Source: a virus. From it: a stretch of 64,000 bases of DNA. The notes beneath the pieces are model-generated. The model worked only from the letters and a program-made list of their open reading frames with translations. It was not told the origin of the DNA and made no database searches. A program made the translations under genes and the position numbers. The stretch covers positions 16,255-80,254 of the IMG/VR virus record IMGVR_UViG_3300044811_000010; one strand, 5' to 3'. Below, in pieces: positions 29,917-39,802 of this stretch (the first letter of the stretch is position 1; each line of letters opens with the position of its first letter).

Positions 29917-30147
29917 GTGGGTCAGACCTCCTGGGTCAGCTTGTCGCGAATGACGGACGACCGCCTGAGCAGCCTGTCCAGTTCAGCAGAGAGCGCGATG
30001 TGGTCTACCGGCCAGAGCCGGGCGTCAATCGAGTTCAGAGAAATCTCGACCTTTCGGACGCTGCGATTGACTTCGGCGTACCGACGCCAGAGGCGACGAC
30101 GGAACCATGCGCGAATGAAGTAGGGCATCTGCAAGGAACTGTACCAG

Positions 30148-30564
30148 CTATTCCTTGTAGGCGTCGTAAAGCTGACGAGCGACGCGGTCTACGAAGCCCT
30201 CGCGTCGCTGATCCACGGTTTCCTTGAAGTCCTCGTACGTCTGCTCGGGCATCCACGACTCGACCGCGTGTAGTGACACATCGAAGTCTCGCATCGCCAC
30301 ATGTACCCATTCGTGGATGATCGTCTGGTCGAGTTCGTGCTGGTCGGCCTCGTCCACGAAGTCGTTGTCGAAGTAGAAGTGACAGGAGTCGTAGAGAACC
30401 GAAGTCTGCACAGCAGCCACGGCAGACAAGCCTCCCCTACACGGAACGTCGTCCGTCGTCGTCACGCACTTGATGTCGAAGTGCCCGATGGCTAGCATCG
30501 GCAGCCTCTTCTGCCAGAACTCGATACGCTTGGCTAGCTTGACAGCTCCCCGGCTGGTCATCAA
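30148..30564 (-). CDS. HExxH metallopeptidase-like protein
   Basis: TIIHEWVH...E motif. Confidence 0.65.
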   Translation of the reverse strand: MMTSRGAVKLAKRIEFWQKRLPMLAIGHFDIKCVTTTDDVPCRGGLSAVAAVQTSVLYDSCHFYFDNDFVDEADQHELDQTIIHEWVHVAMRDFDVSLHAVESWMPEQTYEDFKETVDQRREGFVDRVARQLYDAYKE

Positions 30565-31220
30565 GCGAGTTCACTCTCAACTTCAGTCACGATCTGCTCG
30601 ACGTGGTCTGTCGTGGTGCTCATGTTGAGTTCCAGACAAGGTAGCTCGTAGGCGTCCAGCATGTCCTTGATGCGCAGGTCGAGGTTCTGTGCCTCGATCT
30701 CGGACTGAGATCGGCCCTTAGGGTTGTAGGGCCGTTCGATGTTGCGGCGCAGGAACACGTTGAGCGTCCGGCGGGCACGCCAGTCAGCGACGATCCACTG
30801 GTGGAACGCAAGATCGCGGAGCGGCGAATCGCTGGACTTACTGTAAATCAGCGAGAGCATCGTTGATGTGTCAGTAATGATGGCGTCGACTTGACCGTGG
30901 AGCCGGTCGTAGCGGAACATCTGCTTGGCAGCGACGTAGGGCTGATGGGCCAGCGCGCGATGCCGCTGCTCCCACGTCAAGTCCTTCGCAACTTCGTGGA
31001 CCAGCTCGACGTTGTGGCCGTGCTGCTTCAGCGCGCCGAATACCAGCGAAGCCGTCGTTGACTTACCCGTGCCGGGGCCTCCGTAGAGCGCCACCAGCAG
31101 CGGCTGAAGGCGCCCCTCGGCCCGGTCGATGTCCTGCTGCAAGCTTCCGATGATGGGCGGGCGGCTAGGAGGAAGGACGAACGGAACCTCGCGTACGCAC
31201 GGCTGAGGACCAGCGACCAT
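30561..31220 (-). CDS. P-loop kinase (AAA_28/NadR-like)
   Basis: GGPGTGKST, E.AKDL.WE, IITD, GRSQ. Confidence 0.8.
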   Translation of the reverse strand: MVAGPQPCVREVPFVLPPSRPPIIGSLQQDIDRAEGRLQPLLVALYGGPGTGKSTTASLVFGALKQHGHNVELVHEVAKDLTWEQRHRALAHQPYVAAKQMFRYDRLHGQVDAIITDTSTMLSLIYSKSSDSPLRDLAFHQWIVADWRARRTLNVFLRRNIERPYNPKGRSQSEIEAQNLDLRIKDMLDAYELPCLELNMSTTTDHVEQIVTEVESELA

Positions 31221-31498
31221 CAGGCGGCCTTCCGGTCGAGGGCTTCAATCCACGCCAGCGCGACAGCGGCTACATGGACGACTTCCTCACGAAGCTCGCC
31301 ATGGCCCTTGCCGGCCGATCCGAACTGGGCGGTGAGAATCTCCTGCGCCGCCTCGCCAACCTCTTCGCTGAGGATCGCCAACCACGTCAAGTCGAGATGA
31401 TTCTGCTCGCCCCACTTGTCGCTCTGCCTGCCGCGCTCCTTGCGCACAGACTCGAAGGCTTCGTAGGCATATTCGGGTACATAAACGGGCTCGTTCAT
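31220..31498 (-). CDS. MazG-like nucleotide pyrophosphohydrolase
   Basis: LSEEVGEAA...LREEVVHVAAVA. Confidence 0.8.
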   Translation of the reverse strand: MNEPVYVPEYAYEAFESVRKERGRQSDKWGEQNHLDLTWLAILSEEVGEAAQEILTAQFGSAGKGHGELREEVVHVAAVALAWIEALDRKAA

Positions 31499-31803
31499 CA
31501 GTTCTCCTTAGGAGGTCGTGGGGCGTCGTATTGGGGACGCCGTAGGCGATGGACCACGAAGTTCTTACCGCTGCCGCGACATCCTCCGCAAGACTGTCGA
31601 GTGCCATACTCGTCGCTGTAGCTGTCGTAGTGCGGCCTGCCGTAAGAGCCCGAGCAGGGAACGAACTCCCCGAAGCGCTCGAAGGCCCGCCCGTCATTCG
31701 ACCACTGGATGCCGTGGCTCATGCAGCGGGACTCGACTTCCTTCTCGAACTCTTCACGGTCGATCTTGTCGGCCTCTGCTCGCAGCTCTGCTGCCGTACT
31801 CAT
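31498..31803 (-). CDS. small Cys-containing protein
   Basis: C.GS...CGGCRGSG. Confidence 0.5.
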   Translation of the reverse strand: MSTAAELRAEADKIDREEFEKEVESRCMSHGIQWSNDGRAFERFGEFVPCSGSYGRPHYDSYSDEYGTRQSCGGCRGSGKNFVVHRLRRPQYDAPRPPKEN

Positions 31804-33965
31804 GCGGCCACCGGGCGCTTCTCGCCGCCTGCCCACTCGGGAGTGAACAGGTACTCGGAGCCGTCGGAGTCCTTGAGATGCTTAGCGTCTGACCAGCGCT
31901 GCACGATGTCAGCGTCGGCCCTTAGCGGCACGATGTCCTTGAGCCCCTCGAACTCGGTCATCCTCGTCTCAATCAGCTTCCCAACCTCGGGAGCGTCCGC
32001 AGTCGGGACGTGGGCCACGATCTCGTCGTGGACCAGAGCGACCATAGGGACGCCGTCCTCGTGCAGTTTGACGACCGCGTACTTCAGCAGCGCGGCTGCT
32101 GTGCCTTGGACGAGGTAGTTCGTCGCCTTGTAGGCGTCGCGGGGGTCGACGCGGAAGCGCCGTCCGCTGATCAGCTTGTCCTGAATGTAGCCGTCGTCCT
32201 GCAGCCTGTACTCGATCCGCGTCTGCAGCCTCTGAACCTCGGGGTACGCATCATCGAACCGGCGCTTGAGCAACCGGGCCTCGTCCATCGTGCAGCGGAA
32301 CTGGCGCCGGATGGTCCGGAGGCCGCCGCCGTAGACGCGCGAGAAGTTGTACGTCTTGCCGAGCTGGCGGGCCGTCTCGACGCCGCCCCCCATCCGCTTA
32401 CGGTCGCGGAGGCCCAGCATCTGAGCCGTCAGCGTGTGGAGGTCATCCCCGCGCTTGACGGCGTTCAGCAGGCGGCCCTCGCCGCAGTAGGCCGCGAACA
32501 GCACCATTTCGATGTTCGAGAGGTCGCAGGTGACCAGCGAGAAGCCTGGGTCTGCCACGATGTTGTAGCGCAGCCTCAGGTCGTCTCGCGGCTGATTCTG
32601 CATGTTGGGGTCCGAGCAGCTCATTCGGCCCGTCCGGGCCCCGACCTGCCTGTAGTTGGCGTGGATGCGGCTGTCGCCCGCGATGAACGGCTCCTTGTAG
32701 GTGTTCATCGACGTGACGTAGGACCGCCCGATCATGGGACGAACGTAGGTGCTCAGCACCTTGTACTCGGATCGGAACTTCAGGATCGCGACCGCCAGCT
32801 CGTCATCGACAGCCAGCAGGTTGTCCTTGTCGGCCGACAGCGCTCCGTTCTTCTCGGACATGAATGACATGTCGGCGCCCCGAGACTTCAGGGCCGCGAG
32901 AATCTGCGGGGTCGAGTTCGGGTTGAACTCCGGAACGCCGCCCTTGTAGGAGACGATCTCTGCGCCGTTCCCGTTGTCTTCGACCTCCACTTCGATCCCG
33001 AGCGCCTTGGCGTAGACCTTCGGGTCGCCCTCGGACGCAAGCGCATGCACGCGGTCTTCGAGGGTTTCGAGGTTGCCGATGACCTCCTGTTCGAGCTTCA
33101 GGTATTCCTCGCGACGTGCGGGGAGCCCGCGCTTCTCGATGGCGAACAGCGCGTCCATCGCCTTGCGCTCGAATTCGTAAACGCCGGCGAGGTCGGGCTG
33201 GTTCTCCAACGTCGCCTCGTACACGTCACAGACCTTGCGTGTCAGGATCACGTCGTCCAGCGCGTAGGGCTCCATGATCTCCATGGGCACGTCGGCGAAA
33301 TTGGCGTAAGAGAAGGTCCCATCCTCGCGACGATACTGGGACGCCTCCGCGAGCACGTCGCGGACTTCCTCGTCCGTGGCCTTGCGCTTGCGGTTCTTCT
33401 CGACTCCCGGCAGGCCGCAGGTGACGCACAGATCGCCGCCGCCCTCCCACTTCTGGGGACAAGCTTCGCAGACGTACTCGACGTAGTCGATCTTGAGCGT
33501 CCCTGCCTCGGCCTTCTCGGCCTGCTTCTCGACGTGGCGGCGGCGCTTGTTCTCGTCGTTGAGCCAGCCCTTGACCTTCTTCTGCTCGTCGGCCGCGTCC
33601 TCGCCGAAGAGCTGAGCGGCGACCGCCTTCAGGGCGACCGAGCGGCGCTCGTCAATCGCGTGAGCAACGAGCATCCCATCGTGCCAGCGCCCGTCGCCGG
33701 GTACCGTGAACTGGCAGGCCGTCTCAGCGAAGGCGCGGTCGAACTTGGCGTTCCACGCACGAATCCCGTCAGGGTCGGCGATGGCCTCGTTGAACCACTC
33801 CTGAATCCTGTCGTGCGCAGCGCCGTCAGGGTCGCTGGGGAGGTACTCGATGGCCTCGGCGCGGTCGCCGTCGGCGCTCAGGAAGATCCAGAGGAACGCC
33901 TCGTTCCCGTCGCTGTAGGGCTGAAGCCCGGTCGTCTCACAATCGAACTCAATAATGGCTATCAC
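31800..33965 (-). CDS. polA: DNA polymerase family A with 3'-5' exonuclease
   Basis: DCETTGL (ExoI), WNAKFD (ExoII), YALDDV (ExoIII), TGRMSC..PNMQN, DLSNIE, KTYNF..YG, QGTAA, VHDE; start reassigned to the GTGA overlap. Confidence 0.95.
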   Translation of the reverse strand: MIAIIEFDCETTGLQPYSDGNEAFLWIFLSADGDRAEAIEYLPSDPDGAAHDRIQEWFNEAIADPDGIRAWNAKFDRAFAETACQFTVPGDGRWHDGMLVAHAIDERRSVALKAVAAQLFGEDAADEQKKVKGWLNDENKRRRHVEKQAEKAEAGTLKIDYVEYVCEACPQKWEGGGDLCVTCGLPGVEKNRKRKATDEEVRDVLAEASQYRREDGTFSYANFADVPMEIMEPYALDDVILTRKVCDVYEATLENQPDLAGVYEFERKAMDALFAIEKRGLPARREEYLKLEQEVIGNLETLEDRVHALASEGDPKVYAKALGIEVEVEDNGNGAEIVSYKGGVPEFNPNSTPQILAALKSRGADMSFMSEKNGALSADKDNLLAVDDELAVAILKFRSEYKVLSTYVRPMIGRSYVTSMNTYKEPFIAGDSRIHANYRQVGARTGRMSCSDPNMQNQPRDDLRLRYNIVADPGFSLVTCDLSNIEMVLFAAYCGEGRLLNAVKRGDDLHTLTAQMLGLRDRKRMGGGVETARQLGKTYNFSRVYGGGLRTIRRQFRCTMDEARLLKRRFDDAYPEVQRLQTRIEYRLQDDGYIQDKLISGRRFRVDPRDAYKATNYLVQGTAAALLKYAVVKLHEDGVPMVALVHDEIVAHVPTADAPEVGKLIETRMTEFEGLKDIVPLRADADIVQRWSDAKHLKDSDGSEYLFTPEWAGGEKRPVAA

Positions 33966-34573
33966 GCCTCCTTGATGGCAGTGTTGGCGGGGAACTCCAA
34001 GATCAGCTCGCGAGTTACGGAGAACCACTCCTGCAGCACGTTGTTGTGGCTGTACTTGGCGTGCAGCTTACGCTCGTCGTCCTCAGTACCCGGCATAGCG
34101 TACAACACTTGCAGCGGGCGCGGGTTTCCCGTCTGCAGCTCGGCCACGCGCTTCTCCGGGTTGGTAGAGAACCCAATCTTCCCGTAGTTGATCCCGCCGC
34201 CGGGCAGCTTCTCGATGATCAGGTAGACGAAGCCCTGAACGCCCGCCTTCTGAGCCTTGTAGTCGCGCAGGACCCCCAGCGCATCCTTGACCTCTTGAGG
34301 CAAGGGCTGAGAGGAACGCGAGGGTCGCTTGTGGCCTGCGGACTTCAGCTTGGTGGCAGACCACACGTCCGGGTTGCCGTTGGCATAGTCGCAGTAGTCC
34401 TGCGCCGCCTCAAGCGCAGTAGCACGCTGCGGACCCCACCACGCGTGCCCCGCACGCGTCAGCTTGCCGCCATAGGCTTGCGCATGGTAGAACGCGCCGC
34501 CGTTGTGGATGTTGACGTGCTTGTAGCCGCTCTTGAGCGCGGTGTTCCGGATGTCGGCGGGCTTCAGAGTCAC
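33962..34573 (-). CDS. GIY-YIG (T5orf172) nuclease with N-terminal AP2-like domain
   Basis: FVYLI..KIGFS.NPEKR..LQTGNP..E..LH....EWF; N-terminal SGYKHV...TALEAA..Y. Confidence 0.8.
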   Translation of the reverse strand: MTLKPADIRNTALKSGYKHVNIHNGGAFYHAQAYGGKLTRAGHAWWGPQRATALEAAQDYCDYANGNPDVWSATKLKSAGHKRPSRSSQPLPQEVKDALGVLRDYKAQKAGVQGFVYLIIEKLPGGGINYGKIGFSTNPEKRVAELQTGNPRPLQVLYAMPGTEDDERKLHAKYSHNNVLQEWFSVTRELILEFPANTAIKEA

Positions 34574-35217
34574 AGCGTTTCCAGCGCGGTGACGACGCGG
34601 CCTTCGAGAACGTCGAGGTCGCCATCGTTGATGATCTTGTAGTCGACCAGATACGGCGGCAGCGGCGTCTCTGTCGCGTGGCCGTCGCTTTCGGTGCCGG
34701 GGCGTAGGACTTCCCAGACGACGCCGCCGAGCGCCTTGACGCGCTGAGCCTCGTTGGGGTAACGCACGTCGGTCACGCAGACGAGGTCTGCGTCCGGGTA
34801 CATGAGCGGCAGCGGATCCAGGCCGCCGGCAAACGCCGGGTAGGGCAGGATCTGGTCGATCCAGAAGTTGTCGCCGAACACGTCGCGGGCCTTCGCTCCG
34901 AAGAGCTGCAGGTACTCACGGCCGCTCAGCGTCTTGATGCTGGCCGGGTCGCCGAGCATCGTGTCGTCGGGGCCGTTGCCCTCGTACTGATTGAGCTGCG
35001 TGACGATGCGCCCGCGTGCCTTGAAGTCGTCCATGTGGTCGATCAGCTCCTGCGGAGGCCCTTCGTAGCCGAGCACCAAGGCCGCCATGATCTTCAGCTT
35101 GTCGGCGAACGCTACGCGCTGAACGAACGCGTCACCATCGCCGTAGACGTGGCTGAGGATCGTGTAGGTGGTGTCCTTGCCTGAGGTCTTGAACCCGTTG
35201 ATGCCGATGAGTGTCAT
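34570..35217 (-). CDS. deoxynucleoside monophosphate kinase
   Basis: IGINGFKTSGKDT, FADKLK, R..LQ..G, DVRYPNE, H.TE. Confidence 0.88.
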   Translation of the reverse strand: MTLIGINGFKTSGKDTTYTILSHVYGDGDAFVQRVAFADKLKIMAALVLGYEGPPQELIDHMDDFKARGRIVTQLNQYEGNGPDDTMLGDPASIKTLSGREYLQLFGAKARDVFGDNFWIDQILPYPAFAGGLDPLPLMYPDADLVCVTDVRYPNEAQRVKALGGVVWEVLRPGTESDGHATETPLPPYLVDYKIINDGDLDVLEGRVVTALETL

Positions 35218-35218
35218 G

Positions 35219-35584
35219 TTAGAACACGTCTCCGTTCTGTTGGATCTTGTCGTCCTCATAGGGAGCGACGATGTCGTTGTAGTAGCCGTCCAGCACGGTG
35301 TTGAGCACGTAGTGGGCGACGAGGCTATCTGTGGGGCGCCGCCTGATGAACTCGCGCCTAGCACACTCCAAGCACCCTACCACGGACGACAGGAGCGCGT
35401 AGGAGAGCTTCTTAGCGCCGAGGTAGTCGGCGATCTCCTGCTTGATCGCCACGACGAGGTAGGTGTCGTAGTGGTCCAGCATCAACAGGTGAGCAGTGAC
35501 GACGTAGGTCAGCTCGCCGGGAGTCTCGGCTGTGCGATACCCATGGTCGAGAGAGTCCTTGGTGGCCTGATCGACGTAGGGCAT
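35219..35584 (-). CDS. conserved phage hypothetical protein (MPY... family)
   Basis: GELTY, G.LEC...EF.RR, PYED.KI..NGDV pattern. Confidence 0.7.
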   Translation of the reverse strand: MPYVDQATKDSLDHGYRTAETPGELTYVVTAHLLMLDHYDTYLVVAIKQEIADYLGAKKLSYALLSSVVGCLECARREFIRRRPTDSLVAHYVLNTVLDGYYNDIVAPYEDDKIQQNGDVF

Positions 35585-35741
35585 CAGCGCATGACCATCG
35601 CGGAGGCGTCCCCGACTGAAAGGAGCGGCCAGAGAACTCGACGCGCCTCGTTGGTTGCCGTGACGGCGCTGCTCATACGCCGCTCGTCCATGATGAAGGC
35701 GGCGAGTGCTGCTACAGCGTCATCGAAGTCGATCTTCGCCA

Positions 35742-36365
35742 TCAGACGGCCCTCCGGCCGCGCGGAATGTCGAGGCCGGGGCGATGCTCGCCCAACGTCC
35801 GCTGAGAGCGTGAGAGGCCCAGCGGGTCGAGTTCCAGCCTTCCGACGCGGTAGGGGCTCTCAGGGAGCGGCGGGGCCTCACGCATGGCCTCCAACAGCTT
35901 GCTGTTCTCGTGGTGCTTGATCGCCTCGTCACGGTCAATCTCCATGAGCACGAACGCCGTGTCCTCAGGACGAATCCACGCATCCTCGATGAAGAGGTAG
36001 ATAGGCCGCTTGAACCGCTTGGCGATGAACGTCTCGATCTGAGCGCCGAAGCTATCCTCCCAGCCCTTCAGGCAGATCACGCCAACGCAGCGAGGGTGCA
36101 TCACGATGTTCACGTCGCGCCGCAGAAGAGCTAGCCCAACAGGCGCGTCGGAGCGCAGATGCTCCTGCGTGCCGTCGCCGTCCATGACCTCGTCGTAGAT
36201 CGGGGCGTCGAGGTCAGCCGGGGAGCAGATCGTGTAGTGCGCCTTGGTGAGCTTCTCTGAAACGCGCTGGAACTCGGGGAAGTTGTGCTGTGGGTAACCC
36301 GTCATCGGCCCGGCGAGGTAATAGAACTCCCCGTACGGCACTGGCACGTCGATTGTGATGCTCAT
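35742..36365 (-). CDS. DUF4406 / nucleoside deoxyribosyltransferase-like protein
   Basis: YLAGPMTG....NFPEF, L.GWE.S.GA..E. Confidence 0.8.
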   Translation of the reverse strand: MSITIDVPVPYGEFYYLAGPMTGYPQHNFPEFQRVSEKLTKAHYTICSPADLDAPIYDEVMDGDGTQEHLRSDAPVGLALLRRDVNIVMHPRCVGVICLKGWEDSFGAQIETFIAKRFKRPIYLFIEDAWIRPEDTAFVLMEIDRDEAIKHHENSKLLEAMREAPPLPESPYRVGRLELDPLGLSRSQRTLGEHRPGLDIPRGRRAV

Positions 36366-37537
36366 AGCTTGATACCTCCGAAATCCTCGTTGTCGCTAGA
36401 CGGCAACCTATACCGTACACCAGTCGAGCCATTCTGTCCACTCACAGATGGCATCTTCTTCACGCGCTTCTCGTCTACGAGCTGCGCCATGATCGGCCGC
36501 AGCTTGGAGCGTGTCTCGCCTGTCTCGTCGGCGATGCCGGCCAGGTTCATGGGCTCGTCGTCGGACTCGCGCAACACAGCCAACACGCCGTCGGCGATGG
36601 AAGAGGTAGGAACCCACTTGTACCAGCCCGTCTCACGCTCCCACTCCATGCGCACAGGGGTCGGGCCGGGGAGATAGCGGGCCTTGCTCCACGTCATTTC
36701 CCTGTACTCGTTGTTCTTGACGCTCTCGAAGTTCTCCATGACCGCAACGACGCCTTCGAGCACGGTCGATCCTCGCCCGGCGCTCATCTTCTCGCCGTCG
36801 TCTCCGACGCCGCCCTTGCGCTCATGGTGGCTAAGAATGACCGCACACTGAAACTCGGTGGCGAGCGCCACGAGGTTGTCCACGACGACGGCCATATCGG
36901 TGGCCGAGTTCTCGTCGCCGCTCCACAGCGACCGGAAGGGCTCGATGAAGACGATGTCCGGCGAGCACTTGTCGACAGCCGCCCTCAGCTTGTTCAGCCC
37001 CTCCGGCTTGTCGAGCTTCATACCTGAGTAGCCGCCGTCGCCGTGGATCCAGAGATTGTCCTTGATCAGCTCGCGGTGGTCCTTTTCCAGCGGCCCGTTG
37101 TTGAGTAGGATTCCGACCTTCTGGTGGAACATCCCAGCGTTGCCTTCGTTCTCGGCGATCAGCGTCTTGAGCGGCTTCTCGGGCTGCAGGTAGGTGTTGC
37201 CGTCGTGGTCTGTCCAGCCGGGGAACAGCGCCAGCCCGGCCGCCCACGCGAAGATGCGGTTCAGGTTCATCGTCGTCTTGCCCTTGCCGGCGCGTCCCAG
37301 CGTTGTGGTGATCTCACCGCGAACGGCGATGGTCGGCCACACCAGCGAGGGCGGAATCGGAATTTCACGGAGTAGGTAGTCCCGCAGCAGCGTCACGTCG
37401 GGCTCGAAGGCTTCCTCGGGCGCGATGTTCACGGCCCGCATCTTGACCTGAGCGAGCAGGCGCTCGCGCTCGGCCTCGTCGGTGATGGATGCGAAGTGTC
37501 GAATGAACCCGTCGATGGCGGGGTTGGCTGTGCTCAT
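36362..37537 (-). CDS. RepA/AAA_25-type replicative helicase
   Basis: GRAGKGKT, VFIEP, ILSHH.RK, GRGS. Confidence 0.8.
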   Translation of the reverse strand: MSTANPAIDGFIRHFASITDEAERERLLAQVKMRAVNIAPEEAFEPDVTLLRDYLLREIPIPPSLVWPTIAVRGEITTTLGRAGKGKTTMNLNRIFAWAAGLALFPGWTDHDGNTYLQPEKPLKTLIAENEGNAGMFHQKVGILLNNGPLEKDHRELIKDNLWIHGDGGYSGMKLDKPEGLNKLRAAVDKCSPDIVFIEPFRSLWSGDENSATDMAVVVDNLVALATEFQCAVILSHHERKGGVGDDGEKMSAGRGSTVLEGVVAVMENFESVKNNEYREMTWSKARYLPGPTPVRMEWERETGWYKWVPTSSIADGVLAVLRESDDEPMNLAGIADETGETRSKLRPIMAQLVDEKRVKKMPSVSGQNGSTGVRYRLPSSDNEDFGGIKL

Positions 37538-37959
37538 CAGGAGCTGGGCACTAGCGACGTGATCACGACGACCCGGTCGACGTTCTTGAGCGACACGACG
37601 CGGTTGGGGTCGAAGATCGCGCTCTGAGTAGAGCCCTCGCGCGTCCGTCGGACACGAAGCATGTACGCCTTGGAGTCATCGCGCACGAAGTCTCCGTACA
37701 CGCGTCCAATCTTGTTCATCGGGTGAGCGGCGCCGGGATCCCAGCGGCCGGGAATGAGGCGCCTCACGTAAGGCTTCGCCGCGTCACCGGGGATCGACCC
37801 GCGCCGGTTCTTCGGGTCGGCAGGGTCCTCAGGTGTGATCGGGATGATCTCGGTCACGACGCCTTGGTTGAGGTCGGCGGCAGAGCTACCGCTGCAGGTC
37901 GGGTAGACGATGCTATCTCCGACTGCGATGCAGTTCCCCAGATAGTCTGTGTAGTTCAT
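37537..37959 (-). CDS. hypothetical protein
   Basis: D.LGN.I.VGD.IVY SH3-like start; AAGGAG RBS. Confidence 0.6.
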   Translation of the reverse strand: MNYTDYLGNCIAVGDSIVYPTCSGSSAADLNQGVVTEIIPITPEDPADPKNRRGSIPGDAAKPYVRRLIPGRWDPGAAHPMNKIGRVYGDFVRDDSKAYMLRVRRTREGSTQSAIFDPNRVVSLKNVDRVVVITSLVPSS

Positions 37960-37962
37960 GGA

Positions 37963-38931
37963 TTAGCTCCTTGGATGGGCGATGGGGCAGTTGGGATGCG
38001 CGTACGGCAGGAACAAGGGATCGTCGCACCCAGTGGAAGTGTACTGGCCTCGCTCAGCGTTCGCGAGGATACGTCGTAGCTCGGAGTCCGGGGCCTTGTC
38101 GGGGGACGCCTCGCTGACCGAGCGCAGGATGTCGAGCGCCTCGTCGTGGTTGACGAGTCGCCAGTTCGTGAGCTGCTTGGCGAGCGCGAAGTAGACCGCG
38201 TTGCGATGGCCGTCGAGTACCGGGTTGTCCTCGGCGTGCTCGATGACGTGTTCGGCGCAGATGTGCAGGTTCTCCTGCTGGCCGAAATCTGTGCGCTCAG
38301 CACGCGCTTCACGCGGGTCGGTAAGCATCATCCACGAGGCACGCTTGCGCCAGTCGCGCGGGTCGTTCATGGACGCCTCAGCGTCGTCCAAGAACATGGG
38401 CAGCTCGGTGGCGAGGTCGTACCAGTCGCCCTCGTGCTCGGCGCCCTGCATCTGGATCGGGCGCCTGTCGCCATGCCACGGAAGGTTGATGTAGTTGCCC
38501 AGCTTGACGCGGGTGAAGTCGGGGTTCTTAGGGAAGACCTCGACTCCCTTCTTGCCGGCCGCTACGACCGCCTCCTTCAGAATCCCCATCGGAATCCACG
38601 CCTCGATGGCGTCTGAGAAGAAGACCCAGACGTGTGCGTTCCCCGACCGGGAACTCTCGATCCATGACGTGCCGGGGATGTACTGCTGCATATCGCGGGC
38701 AGCCGCGAAATCAGGCTCGTCCAGGTCGATAGCTGCGAAGCGCACGGTGCTGTCGGCGCGCAGGGGCGCGATGCCCATGCCCGGACCATCGCCGCGCAGG
38801 TGCTTCAGCCAGTCCTCGGGCTGCGGGGGTCGCTTGATCCACTCACCGTTCCCGGTCCCGAACGCAACCCGGAGGCCATCGAACAGCGCCGTGAATCGGG
38901 GCTGCAGTTCATAGAGGTCGCCTGAAGTCAC
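37963..38931 (-). CDS. AEP-type primase with PriCT-like C-terminus
   Basis: IDLD, SRSGNAHVW, EVFPK, GNYINLP, G.RN motifs; C-terminal Cys residues. Confidence 0.82.
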   Translation of the reverse strand: MTSGDLYELQPRFTALFDGLRVAFGTGNGEWIKRPPQPEDWLKHLRGDGPGMGIAPLRADSTVRFAAIDLDEPDFAAARDMQQYIPGTSWIESSRSGNAHVWVFFSDAIEAWIPMGILKEAVVAAGKKGVEVFPKNPDFTRVKLGNYINLPWHGDRRPIQMQGAEHEGDWYDLATELPMFLDDAEASMNDPRDWRKRASWMMLTDPREARAERTDFGQQENLHICAEHVIEHAEDNPVLDGHRNAVYFALAKQLTNWRLVNHDEALDILRSVSEASPDKAPDSELRRILANAERGQYTSTGCDDPLFLPYAHPNCPIAHPRS

Positions 38932-39094
38932 GCGAGTGCAACCCCGAGGCAGGCCGCGAGAAAATAGACCGTAGCGACGATGGCGTAAAACACGCCGAAC
39001 CAGAAGACGGTCGGGCTGTCGGCGCGCACCATGTTGTAGAGAGCGCAGCCGGACGCCAGCAGCCCGAATACGCCGGCAAGGTAGAACAGCCCGA

Positions 39095-39304
39095 TCATGA
39101 CTGGCGCTCCGCTGCACGCATCAGCATCGCACGGCCGACAGGGCGAGGGAGGATACCCTTGAAGGCACGTCGCATCGCCTTGTCCCACGCAATCGCGACC
39201 TTCTCGGCCTCCGACATCGCGGCCGCCTCGGTCGACTTGCGCTGCAGAGCTGCTGCGCGGGCTACCTTCGAAAGATCGACTGCGTTCCTAGGGTCGATGG
39301 TCAT
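39095..39304 (-). CDS. hypothetical protein
   Basis: AAGGAGG RBS; ATGA coupling. Confidence 0.55.
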   Translation of the reverse strand: MTIDPRNAVDLSKVARAAALQRKSTEAAAMSEAEKVAIAWDKAMRRAFKGILPRPVGRAMLMRAAERQS

Positions 39305-39534
39305 GCGGTGACCTCCTTGATGTAGCGCCGCATGACGATGTCGCGCGTCGCGCGAAGGCCGGTGCGGTCCTTATCCTCTCGCTCGTCGCCACGGTCAAGC
39401 TGCTCGTGGATGTAGTCGATCTTCCGTACATCCTCGGCAGGCATGGACTTACGAACAGAGGCGATCTCCTTGCGGAGTTCCTTCTCTCGCTGGGCGGCGC
39501 GCTCTACTGCACGCTCTGCTGCGGTCTTAGGGAT
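39301..39534 (-). CDS. charged 77-aa protein with a probable ATC start
   Basis: AAGGAGG-6nt-ATC then open frame PKTAAERAVERAAQREKELRK... to an ATGA overlap. Confidence 0.5.
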   Translation of the reverse strand: MPKTAAERAVERAAQREKELRKEIASVRKSMPAEDVRKIDYIHEQLDRGDEREDKDRTGLRATRDIVMRRYIKEVTA

Positions 39535-39625
39535 GGTAGACCTCCTTCTCTTGGATGATGTAGTGCCGGGTCGCCTCCGCCGCGCTCCCGGCCAACGGCT
39601 GCTAGGCCGCTCCCTCCGCGCCTCG

Positions 39626-39802
39626 CTAGAAGCGCTTGGACTTGATGGCCGCTGCCGCCAGCGCGAAGATCACGAGCGCGAAGACGAGCCCGACACCCCC
39701 CACGATCAGCAGGATCGCTCCGACCGTTGCCGCCCCGGTGAACCAAGACGACCCGGCGAGCAGCAGCACCAGCCCGGCGATGATGAACAGGAAGGCGGGC
39801 AT
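39626..39802 (-). CDS. 2-TM membrane protein
   Basis: MPAFLFIIAGLVLLLAG...; TGATG coupling. Confidence 0.6.
   Translation of the reverse strand: MPAFLFIIAGLVLLLAGSSWFTGAATVGAILLIVGGVGLVFALVIFALAAAAIKSKRF

Noticed and set aside
31800-33965. Intein or intron in polA (also checked nrdJ and terL)
   Set aside because: Reading frames are continuous, inserts are short, and there are no C...HN splice termini.
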